Below, piece after piece: positions 9,516-18,055 of a DNA stretch of 24,861 nucleotides; position 1 is the first letter of the stretch, and each line of letters begins with the position of its first letter. A program made the translations under genes and the position numbers. Source of the stretch: a virus (taxonomy: Duplodnaviria; Caudoviricetes); the IMG/VR virus record IMGVR_UViG_3300046103_002485, positions 1-24,861 of that record; one strand, written 5' to 3'. Below the pieces are notes generated by a model. It made no database searches. It was not told the DNA's origin and saw nothing but the letters and a program-made list of their open reading frames with translations.

Positions 9516-10512
9516 AACCACAGAAACTTGTCAATTAAACTGTAAGCACTGTTTTACTTCTGGTAGCAATGGTGCTAAAATTTATTGGAATACTGATAAG
9601 ATAGTTGATTGGATACATAGATTTCGTGAAGAAAAACCTGCGAAGGGTGATGGTATTCATTTAGAGTTTCATGGCGGCGAACCATTTCTTGTACCTGTAG
9701 GGCAAATGAGAAAGGTATATGATGCTTGTGATGGTCTTTGGGATAATATGAGTTGGGGTGCAACAACCAATTTAGTGTATAAATTAAAAGATCAACATAG
9801 AGAATTTATAAAAGGTCCACTTAGAAATAGATTGGGAACTTCATGGGACAGAAAAATAAGATTTGATAATCAAAGACAATATAACTTATGGCATAAAAAT
9901 GTCAAGTCTCTTTTAGCAGATGGTGTAACTATACGTTTGTTTATTAGTCTTACTAAAGATACTTTAGAAAAAGACCCTATTGTATTATTGAGATGGTGTA
10001 GAAGATTAGGGGTTCAAGAGGTATCTTTAGAGAGATTGACTAATAATGGTTCAGCGCGTGAAGCATCAGAAATATTTCCATCAAATAAAGAGTTAGATGC
10101 TTATTTTTTGAAAATGCATCAACAAAGTGAAGAATATGGGGCGCGAGAATGGTTTGAAAATGATTTTTTTGAAAATATATATGCTAAATTTGAGAAAACT
10201 CTTACGACATGTGGTACTTTTTGTAGAGATTGTGAAACAAAACTATTCACAATAAACGGTGATGGTACAATAAGTGGTTGTCCAAATTCAGCACCAGAAT
10301 TTCAGTTCGGAACTTTAGATGATTCCATTAAAACTCTTATAAATAGTCCTAGAAGAATAAGAACTATTATTGAAGAAAAGATGAGAAACCCCAATTGTCT
10401 CTCTTGTCCTGTTGCAAAATATTGCGGTGGTGATTGTCACCAATTAGGATGGGAAGGTGATGTATGTGGCGCACCTAAAAGTTTAATGATGGAATTGGCA
10501 AAGAATGTCTAG
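9493..10512 (+). CDS. Radical SAM/SPASM-domain protein (rSAM-1)
   Basis: GTG start after GAGGA. CQLNCKHC (CX3CX2C), FHGGEPF and TTN. C-terminal CRDC...GCP...CLSCPVAKYCGGDC...C auxiliary Fe-S motif. Confidence 0.92.
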   Translation: MFWSVYLKTTETCQLNCKHCFTSGSNGAKIYWNTDKIVDWIHRFREEKPAKGDGIHLEFHGGEPFLVPVGQMRKVYDACDGLWDNMSWGATTNLVYKLKDQHREFIKGPLRNRLGTSWDRKIRFDNQRQYNLWHKNVKSLLADGVTIRLFISLTKDTLEKDPIVLLRWCRRLGVQEVSLERLTNNGSAREASEIFPSNKELDAYFLKMHQQSEEYGAREWFENDFFENIYAKFEKTLTTCGTFCRDCETKLFTINGDGTISGCPNSAPEFQFGTLDDSIKTLINSPRRIRTIIEEKMRNPNCLSCPVAKYCGGDCHQLGWEGDVCGAPKSLMMELAKNV

Positions 10513-10522
10513 GAGATAAAGA

Positions 10523-11392
10523 ATGACGATATCAGACCCTATTACAGAAAATCCTGTAGTTACAAAATACAGACAGTTTGTGACTGATAGAATTAATAAT
10601 CAAATCGTGTATGGAGATGATAATTTACCAAAGCGAAGTATGGCTTCGTTTTTTAATGGAACAACAGATGGAATTGTATCGAATCCTGATCTTTTTGATG
10701 GGCCAATTGATGCTGCAAATATATTTGCTATTCTTTTGAATGATGTTAACAAATATACTAGAGTTAGAAGATTTAACGCGAATATTACAGTTACTGGTGG
10801 TTCACCTACTGGTAATACACCTATTCCAGCCGTAAATACTTCTGCGAATAATGCCGCAAATTTAGAAAAAGCGTTCGCTTGTGAGTGGGTTACGACAGTG
10901 AATTCAGGAATTAAAACAGTTCCTATTGGTACAACAGGGCCATGGGATAATAAATCTTGGGCTAATGATTTTTATGCAAAACACAATACTTTAGGTATCC
11001 AAGATTATGATGCTATTCAAATCGCACTAGACTCATCTGGATCATTTATCTCAGCGGTAGCACATAGTGATGTTGGAAATGCTTGCATAAAAGCAACACA
11101 AAAATATGCTGTGACAATCAAAATCCCTGCACTGGTGGGGAGCAGTAAATCATATAATGATATTGGTATTCTGACAGCAAAACATTCATTTGAAATTGAT
11201 TCGGCAGATGTTGATCACTCTATGATTGTCCAAGGAGATGTTATGGATGACGCCGACTTTGAACAATTATTCAATAATCTTTATACAGCATGGGAGACTG
11301 TTGCACTGGGTTCCTCACCAATTAATTATAAAGAAGTAGTTTGTCATGCAAATTGTCATGCAAGTTGCCATTCATCAAGAAATAGGAGATAA
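10523..11392 (+). CDS. Putative substrate/precursor protein with C-terminal (CHxx)3-RNRR motif
   Basis: Strong SD AGGAGA. 289 aa, rich in Thr/Ser/Asn/Gly/Ala, with no enzyme motifs. Ends VVCHANCHASCHSSRNRR and sits between rSAM genes. The ORF is clear, but the substrate role is inferred. Confidence 0.65.
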   Translation: MTISDPITENPVVTKYRQFVTDRINNQIVYGDDNLPKRSMASFFNGTTDGIVSNPDLFDGPIDAANIFAILLNDVNKYTRVRRFNANITVTGGSPTGNTPIPAVNTSANNAANLEKAFACEWVTTVNSGIKTVPIGTTGPWDNKSWANDFYAKHNTLGIQDYDAIQIALDSSGSFISAVAHSDVGNACIKATQKYAVTIKIPALVGSSKSYNDIGILTAKHSFEIDSADVDHSMIVQGDVMDDADFEQLFNNLYTAWETVALGSSPINYKEVVCHANCHASCHSSRNRR

Positions 11393-11399
11393 TTTTATT

Positions 11400-12053
11400 A
11401 TGAGTAATCATGTTACAGTGACTGCACCATTGGGTATTGACGATTTGCAGAAATATTTTTCTGATGACAGTATTAATTTTATTATTGACTATGAAAATAG
11501 TGAGTTACAAGGCGAGAAATTACTTGTATATTTAAGTAACTTAGAGTTACCTTGTGATATTAAAACTGAAGGAAAGGATTTAGAGAACCTTGCGAAAATT
11601 TATCTTCAGTTTCCACAAATATTAAATATTAAAGTTTTAGAAGAATTTATTCTTGAGGTTCTTTTGGTAAGAAAAAACCTATCTTTAGAGTGTTTAGGTT
11701 GCTATCAAGATTTTATTAATGATAATGAAGAAGTGATTGATATTTGGATTAAAAAATTGGATTCATTGACACTCTATAATATGTATATTATCCAAGATGA
11801 TGAAATGAAAGATTGGGTATTATCGTATAAAGAAGATGATACAGATGATATAAAGGGTATAAATTTCGTATCTTTGTTGAAACATGAAGATTTTTATTAT
11901 TACTATAACGGTTTAGATGAAAAAAACTTGACCTATTATTCAAAATATTTTAATGAATATATGTTTAACGGAAAGAGTTTATTTGATTATTGGTCTTATA
12001 AAAAAAATCCACTTTTCTTATTGACTTGGGGAGTTGGCGCAGGAGAAGTTTAA
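11400..12053 (+). CDS. Hypothetical acidic protein (217 aa) of the rSAM operon
   Basis: The start is more likely ATG 11400 (MSNHVTVTAPL), which has SD AGGAG at 11384-11388, than the overlapping 11346. No recognisable motif. Confidence 0.7.
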   Translation: MSNHVTVTAPLGIDDLQKYFSDDSINFIIDYENSELQGEKLLVYLSNLELPCDIKTEGKDLENLAKIYLQFPQILNIKVLEEFILEVLLVRKNLSLECLGCYQDFINDNEEVIDIWIKKLDSLTLYNMYIIQDDEMKDWVLSYKEDDTDDIKGINFVSLLKHEDFYYYYNGLDEKNLTYYSKYFNEYMFNGKSLFDYWSYKKNPLFLLTWGVGAGEV

Positions 12054-13094
12054 TTGGATTTAGTAGATTTTATTTTAAGAGATAAGAGAGACAAACAACA
12101 AGAATACACAATTCATTTATTTGAATTTTGTAATCTGTCTTGTCCATTTTGCTGGCAAGACCACGACAACATTGTGGGTATTGATACGGTATTAGACAAG
12201 TTGGAATCAATAGAAAAGTTTTTTCAAAAAGAGATGCGGAAACATGTAGTTTTAAACATCATGGGTGGTGAAATTTTTGCCGATGAGATTTTTGATGAAA
12301 AACTAAAAAATGATTATATTTCTCTTGCACAAGGCATAACAGACTTAGGAAAAAAATATAAGTTTGAGAGCATAGGTATTAATTGGGTTACTAACCTTGT
12401 AATTAGTAAAAGAGACTATGTGCGCGATCTATTGAAGGCGTGTAGAGATATGGGGTGCAAATCCAAACTCGTAACTTCATATGACCCTAGAGGTAGATTT
12501 AACAAACCAAACTTAGAGATTTTCAAAGAAAATGTATATGATTTCTGGGATGATTTAGAAGGCATAGGAGTCCTTCTTACTAAATCAAATATCAAATATT
12601 GGTTAAGTGATCCAAAAGATTTTATGCACGAATTATATCATAAGGGTGTTAAAGTTTATGCTGATTACTACATGCCTGATTGTCAGGCAGAAAGAAGTAT
12701 GCCGACAGACAAAGAGCATTATGATATTTTCACGCATTTTATAGATAAGTATCCTAAAATTGAGCCTATTCGTTCTTGGATAGAAAATGAGCGTAATGTT
12801 GTTTCATGCAGATCATCTAAATTAGTTCTTGAGGATGGAACCATGTGTTTGTGTGGAAATCTTGTTCAAGAGCCAAGAGATAAAGCGATGTACAAAACAG
12901 ACATACAGAAGGCTAATAACAAACCTATTGAAAAGGCTTTCCTTGAAAAGTATAATTGCTCTACTTGTGAATATTTTCATAGATGTACTCTTGGGTGTTT
13001 CATGGCACATGATTATAAATATGCAGAAGAGGTTTTTGATGAATGTGTCTATAAAATGACACATAGATACATTGAAAATAAAGGATTAAGATGA
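12054..13094 (+). CDS. Radical SAM protein with SPASM-like C-terminus (rSAM-2)
   Basis: TTG start after AGGAG. CNLSCPFC, MGGEIF and WVTNL. C-terminal C...CLC...CSTCEYFHRCTLGC...C. Confidence 0.9.
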   Translation: MDLVDFILRDKRDKQQEYTIHLFEFCNLSCPFCWQDHDNIVGIDTVLDKLESIEKFFQKEMRKHVVLNIMGGEIFADEIFDEKLKNDYISLAQGITDLGKKYKFESIGINWVTNLVISKRDYVRDLLKACRDMGCKSKLVTSYDPRGRFNKPNLEIFKENVYDFWDDLEGIGVLLTKSNIKYWLSDPKDFMHELYHKGVKVYADYYMPDCQAERSMPTDKEHYDIFTHFIDKYPKIEPIRSWIENERNVVSCRSSKLVLEDGTMCLCGNLVQEPRDKAMYKTDIQKANNKPIEKAFLEKYNCSTCEYFHRCTLGCFMAHDYKYAEEVFDECVYKMTHRYIENKGLR

Positions 13095-13095
13095 G

Positions 13096-13731
13096 ATGTT
13101 TTTTTATAAAAATGGCGATAAATCTCCAATTAGCCAATCCTTTATAAATAGATTTCCAACAAGAAAAAGATTAACTAATCCAATTAAAGAAATTGATATA
13201 GAGTATAATGTATGCCATACAGTATTTGATTATTTAGTTGATACTAAATTACCACCATGCATTCATTTTTTAGATAATTTTTTGAGAAGTGAAGTGTACG
13301 TGTTTAGTGTTCCACTATCAAGTAATTTATTATCTAAAGTTAATAGTAAATCTATGATGGAAGATTATACTACTCAATTTACTGGATCACCCAAAACAGT
13401 AGTAAATAATGATTATGAGTTAGGATGGATTGGCATAGAGAAAACTAAAAATTATACAATAATGTCAAATATTCAAATAAATGGAATTTATAGAGATTGC
13501 TTAACCAGAAGGCAAGAAATAGATTTTTATAAAACTATGATCAAGTTTTGTAAAGGTGAAATATTGAATATGCCAATTTATGTGCCTACAGCCGAAACAC
13601 TATACACACAAATGAAAAAAAACCCTGCACATCCTGATAGTGCTATAATGGAAACACCTTACACATCTAAGGTTTTAAAGGGGTTCACAAAGATACAATT
13701 TATGAATATGGAGTTTTATAAAAATGATTAA
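13096..13731 (+). CDS. Hypothetical protein (211 aa)
   Basis: Open frame tightly packed between rSAM-2 and the B12-type rSAM gene. No recognisable motif. Confidence 0.65.
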   Translation: MFFYKNGDKSPISQSFINRFPTRKRLTNPIKEIDIEYNVCHTVFDYLVDTKLPPCIHFLDNFLRSEVYVFSVPLSSNLLSKVNSKSMMEDYTTQFTGSPKTVVNNDYELGWIGIEKTKNYTIMSNIQINGIYRDCLTRRQEIDFYKTMIKFCKGEILNMPIYVPTAETLYTQMKKNPAHPDSAIMETPYTSKVLKGFTKIQFMNMEFYKND

Positions 13732-15391
13732 AGTAGGTTATGTGAATCCAACAGGAATACCCTCAAGAGCAGAATTTAACTATCATTGGATGCTTTTTAA
13801 ATGTTTTTATGAAGATTATGGAAAATATCCAGAAAAAGTTACTTGGGTGGAGCCAATATTCAAATGGAATGAAGTTACAATACAAGATTGTTTGGATAAT
13901 GTTAAAGGGTGTTCCATTGTATTTTTTACCAACTATGTTTGGAATTATAAAATTAACCAAAGGATACGAAATGGTCTTGATCCAGATACCATAGTAGTTA
14001 TGGGTGGGCCTCAACAAGACCCTGATATAATAAAAGATTATGACTATGTTGCAGACCCTCTTGCTCCAGGAGAAATATTTGTACAATACTTTCTTGATAT
14101 GTATCTAGAGGATTCTGTTGATAAGAAAAAGATTCCATTTTATTTGGGTAGTTCTTTAAAAATTCCTCTTCCATTTGGACATACGAATGTATATAGGAGG
14201 TGTGAAGATTATTTTACCAAAGAATATGAACACTTCATAAAAAATATAGACCTATATGAGCGAATAACATTGATATATGAAAGCACTAGAGGATGCCCAT
14301 TTAAGTGTTCTTATTGCGAGTGGGGTGGTGGTACTGGCACAAAGGTTTTAAAAAAACCTATGAATATCATAAAAGATGAAATGGAATTTATAGGGGGCTT
14401 TAAGGGTGTGCATATCGATTTGTGTGATGCTAATACAGGAATGTTTAAAGAACGCGACAGAGAAATGATGATGCACATGGTAAATAATGGAGTTCAAATT
14501 GGTGAAAATCTATCGGTATTAAAAACTTTAAAATTGGAGCAGAAAAAAGAAATGCTTGATTTTATGATTGAGCATGATATTACTCGCCAAGTCATCAGTA
14601 TTAGTTTACAGTCTATTTCAGAAGAAGCGAGAAGAATAGCAAATAGAAGAGACCTTAATGTTGAAGAAACCTATGAATTGGTAGATCATTTAACTAGTAA
14701 ATGGAATAATTTTAAAGAAAAAGAATTATGGTTAGATTTAGAATTAATTTTAGCAATGCCAGGGTCTACATTAAAAGATTTTTACGAAGAATTTAAAGTA
14801 TATTATAGAGTTGGATATAATGAAGGAAAGGATTGGGAAGAATGGAAAGGTCTTGATGTATGGGCAGACACTAGATATCCTTATATGGTTTTACCAGCAA
14901 CTGAAACTGCTAGTAAAGAATATCAAGAAAAATATAAAATAAAAACATCAAAGGTACTGACACAATTTGATGGCAACTATAGTGGAAAATGGGATGATGT
15001 TGAAGTAAATCCAATATATGGTGATGTGTCATACGAATATGATACTATAGTTGAATGTTTTTCATATACGTTTGAAGAATATTTAGAAATGTTCATAATG
15101 AATTTATTCACACCACATGTGGGTTTAAGTTTTATAAAAGAATATACCAATTATGAAAACGTGAGTGAAGTGGCAAAAGAGTTGTGGAATATATTGAACG
15201 ATATACCAATGTTTTTTGTTTACAAAGAACTGATAAGAAATATATTTCTTGATAATAATTCTCATAGTATAGATAAGTTTGAAGTGGGTAGTTTTAAAGG
15301 CAAAGATATTGTAAATGAAATGAAACTCTTACTAGATAAGAATGAAGAAATGGTAAAGGAAAGATTAGATGAATTCTGTAGAAATTTATGA
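13724..15391 (+). CDS. B12-binding-domain radical SAM protein (class B methyltransferase-like; rSAM-3)
   Basis: N-terminal Rossmann-like FTNYVWN...VVMGGPQ. Also ESTRGCPFKCSYCEWG, CDANTGMFKERD, SLQS and ELILAMPG.T, the pattern of cobalamin-dependent radical SAM enzymes. Confidence 0.85.
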   Translation: MIKVGYVNPTGIPSRAEFNYHWMLFKCFYEDYGKYPEKVTWVEPIFKWNEVTIQDCLDNVKGCSIVFFTNYVWNYKINQRIRNGLDPDTIVVMGGPQQDPDIIKDYDYVADPLAPGEIFVQYFLDMYLEDSVDKKKIPFYLGSSLKIPLPFGHTNVYRRCEDYFTKEYEHFIKNIDLYERITLIYESTRGCPFKCSYCEWGGGTGTKVLKKPMNIIKDEMEFIGGFKGVHIDLCDANTGMFKERDREMMMHMVNNGVQIGENLSVLKTLKLEQKKEMLDFMIEHDITRQVISISLQSISEEARRIANRRDLNVEETYELVDHLTSKWNNFKEKELWLDLELILAMPGSTLKDFYEEFKVYYRVGYNEGKDWEEWKGLDVWADTRYPYMVLPATETASKEYQEKYKIKTSKVLTQFDGNYSGKWDDVEVNPIYGDVSYEYDTIVECFSYTFEEYLEMFIMNLFTPHVGLSFIKEYTNYENVSEVAKELWNILNDIPMFFVYKELIRNIFLDNNSHSIDKFEVGSFKGKDIVNEMKLLLDKNEEMVKERLDEFCRNL

Positions 15392-15899
15392 CGATTTTTT
15401 GAATCAAGAACAAATTAATGATATACGAAATATGTTTTCTTTTGATAAGTCGGCAATGGATGATCTTCCAAGATTTAATATGCAAAAAAATATGGCAATA
15501 AATATTAAAAATCATATGGACGATTTTCCAAATTTAAATAAAGCAAAAACTATTGCATTATGTAAAGATTCAAATATAGGTAAAATTGCTATATCACATT
15601 TAATTAAGATTGTCAAGTATGAAGAAGATAATAATGAAAATATGATTTGGGAACCACATCATGATGGAACAGAGTCTAAAATCATTACTTTATTTTTTAT
15701 AGATATAGATGATAATGGTTGGCAAGGTGGTGAGTTAGATATTTATGATTCTCTTGATATTTTTCAATATCCAAAAAATAAGACTAGAATACAACCAAAA
15801 GTGGGTAGGTTAGTAGTTTTTAATAGTTCTATGGTACATTGTATTAGACCTTATTTTGGCTCTAAACCAAGAATGACTGTAAGTGTGGGTTGGGAATAA
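15369..15899 (+). CDS. 2OG-Fe(II) oxygenase (prolyl-4-hydroxylase-like)
   Basis: PHHDG (HxD), WQGGEL, PKVGRLVVFNS..VHCIRP and R.T (2OG-binding Arg). Confidence 0.85.
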   Translation: MNSVEIYDDFLNQEQINDIRNMFSFDKSAMDDLPRFNMQKNMAINIKNHMDDFPNLNKAKTIALCKDSNIGKIAISHLIKIVKYEEDNNENMIWEPHHDGTESKIITLFFIDIDDNGWQGGELDIYDSLDIFQYPKNKTRIQPKVGRLVVFNSSMVHCIRPYFGSKPRMTVSVGWE

Positions 15900-15900
15900 A

Positions 15901-16455
15901 ATGAATATTGATAAAAATTCTGGATGCTTTATTGAGAACAATCCCGATATGTTTATTCATATAAAAGATACGTTACCAAAATTAAAATGGTTATACTTAA
16001 AGAGAAGCGATTCAAAAAAATCTGATAGATGGCAAAGTGTGGCATGGAATTATTATTTTCACTCTATGAGAAGTAAGATGTTAAAAACTGCCGATTTACT
16101 TTGGGAAACATACTTACCGTGGGAGACCGAAAAGAACTTGGATTATTATACTATGTGGAATGGGACTGACACTGGTTCGTGTGAGTGGCATCATGATACT
16201 GAAGGTGGTAACTTACAATTTAATTTGTATTTTACAGACTCAGAACCGAATAATGGTGGTGAGATAATGTACAGAAATATGAAAGAAAATAATAGAATAA
16301 CTACTTTTCATCTACCTAAAAAATACGATATAGTAATGGGAAGTGTAGGTGATGATTTAAAGTTCCAGCATAGAGTTGAGCATACAAGAGAATTGAAGCA
16401 AGAAAGAATAACAATGCTTTTTAGATTTAAAGTAAAGGAATCTCCATGGAAATAA
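15901..16455 (+). CDS. 2OG-Fe(II) oxygenase, paralog A
   Basis: WHHD, LYFTD...GGEI, FQHRVE and RIT. The probable start is ATG 15901, right after the upstream stop. Confidence 0.8.
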   Translation: MNIDKNSGCFIENNPDMFIHIKDTLPKLKWLYLKRSDSKKSDRWQSVAWNYYFHSMRSKMLKTADLLWETYLPWETEKNLDYYTMWNGTDTGSCEWHHDTEGGNLQFNLYFTDSEPNNGGEIMYRNMKENNRITTFHLPKKYDIVMGSVGDDLKFQHRVEHTRELKQERITMLFRFKVKESPWK

Positions 16456-17030
16456 AAGACCAAGGATACGTTATGGAAAATAATAAAAATATGTTTATTC
16501 ATATTGATGATACCATTCCAAGATTAAAATGGTTAAGTATGAGTAGTGATAATATTCCAAAAATAAAATGGTTAAATGAGGGTGATGATTGTAAAAGTTA
16601 TAGCATCTGTTGGAATTATCATTTGAATGGTATGCGAAATAAGATAAAGAAAACTGCTGATTTATTGTATGAGACATATCTATCAAAGTATGACAATTGT
16701 TATGAGAACAAAAAATTAATATATTCATATATTTGGAATGGAGCATGTGATGGTTCTAGTTCTTGGCATAATGATTTAAAAGAAGGTGCAAATGTTTTCT
16801 TTTTATTATATTTTACTGATATGGAACAAGGAGTCGGCGGCGAAATAATGTTCCGAAATATGACCCAAAATAAAAAAGTCACTTGTTATCACTTACCAAA
16901 AAAATATGATCTTATATTAGGTAGCCAAGATTTAAATTTTCAACATAGAGTTGAGGATTTTAGAAAACCTAACGTGCAAAGAATCACAATGAATTTCGGA
17001 TTTAATATAAAGAATTCTCCATGGACTTAA
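16446..17030 (+). CDS. 2OG-Fe(II) oxygenase, paralog B
   Basis: WHND, LYFTD...GGEI, FQHRVE and RIT. Aligns along its whole length with the preceding ORF. Confidence 0.8.
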   Translation: MEIKDQGYVMENNKNMFIHIDDTIPRLKWLSMSSDNIPKIKWLNEGDDCKSYSICWNYHLNGMRNKIKKTADLLYETYLSKYDNCYENKKLIYSYIWNGACDGSSSWHNDLKEGANVFFLLYFTDMEQGVGGEIMFRNMTQNKKVTCYHLPKKYDLILGSQDLNFQHRVEDFRKPNVQRITMNFGFNIKNSPWT

Positions 17031-18055
17031 TTATTAAACCAACAGAATTATGCAATTTTAAATGCACATTTTGTTCTTCATCTAAAATTACTCAAGAGGA
17101 TAATACTGCTGTACTTGATTTGAATAAGATATTCAAATTTCTTAAAAGATTTCCTGAAACGCAAACTATTATCGTAAATGGTGGTGATCCTTTAATGATG
17201 AAACCCAATTACTATTGGAAGTTAATAGAGTTTTTAGATAAGCATGACATGCCAGCGACGATATCCCTTACAACTAATTTGTATCCTTTTTTAATGAAAC
17301 CAAAAAAATGGGTAGAACTCTTTAATCATAATAGAATTGGTGTTGGAACTTCATTTCAGTATGGTGGGGGTAGACTTAAAGGTGATTACAGCGAATTTAC
17401 CGAAGAAGATTTTTGGAAGTGTTCTGATGCGATGCTTGAGCATGTGGGGTATAGACCTTCGTTTATTGCAGTGATTGTGGATGAAAATGAAGATACTGTA
17501 ATACAGACTGTAGAACTTGCTAAGAAGATGGATGTTGTTTGTAAGGTGAATTATGCTATGGCATCTGGTTCTCAATCTGCGCCATATAGACTTTCAAAAA
17601 TATATGAAAGATATATTCAAATTTGGAAAGCAGGTTTAAGTGATTGGGAACATAACACTCAACAAATGTTAAATAGGTTAAGAAAAAAGCCAACTATATG
17701 TCCTCAGTCCAGAAATTGCGATAGCGGTATTCGTAATATTCAACCAGAGGGTGATTATTATTCTTGTGGGGCTTTTGGTGATGATCTTGACAAACCAATA
17801 GATTTTGAATATGAAATGAATGGAGGTTTTGAAACACCTCTCAGTAATGATTTGAGTTTAATGAGTCTTAAAAATTCATGTTTTACTTGTCCTATGTTTG
17901 AAATTTGTAACGGATGCCGTAAAACAATTAAAGACTTGAAACAACATAACATGGTTGAAGATCATTGTAAACATATGAAATCTATGGCAAAAGACATAAT
18001 TTCTTTAAATAGAATGGACACTAAAGTTACTGAATATGTAAGAGAATATGCATGA
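17021..18055 (+). CDS. Radical SAM/SPASM-domain protein (rSAM-4)
   Basis: IIKPTELCNFKCTFC, NGGDPL and TTNL. C-terminal CPQSRNC...YSCG...CFTCPMFEICNGC...HC. Confidence 0.92.
   Translation: MDLIIKPTELCNFKCTFCSSSKITQEDNTAVLDLNKIFKFLKRFPETQTIIVNGGDPLMMKPNYYWKLIEFLDKHDMPATISLTTNLYPFLMKPKKWVELFNHNRIGVGTSFQYGGGRLKGDYSEFTEEDFWKCSDAMLEHVGYRPSFIAVIVDENEDTVIQTVELAKKMDVVCKVNYAMASGSQSAPYRLSKIYERYIQIWKAGLSDWEHNTQQMLNRLRKKPTICPQSRNCDSGIRNIQPEGDYYSCGAFGDDLDKPIDFEYEMNGGFETPLSNDLSLMSLKNSCFTCPMFEICNGCRKTIKDLKQHNMVEDHCKHMKSMAKDIISLNRMDTKVTEYVREYA

Noticed and set aside
11342-11380. CHANCH/CHASCH as c-type heme attachment sites
   Set aside because: The spacing is CX3CH and overlapping rather than canonical CX2CH. 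There is no signal peptide and no cytochrome c maturation gene. The rSAM context suggests a different role.
11346-11399. Upstream start for the 235-aa ORF (likewise 15883 and 18902)
   Set aside because: Downstream in-frame ATGs (11400, 15901, 18938) have better SD or gene-packing context and remove or shorten the overlaps with upstream genes.
13143-13150. Internal TATAAATA as a definite late promoter
   Set aside because: It lies inside a coding region about 570 nt from the next start in very AT-rich DNA and may be chance. It is mentioned only as a possibility.
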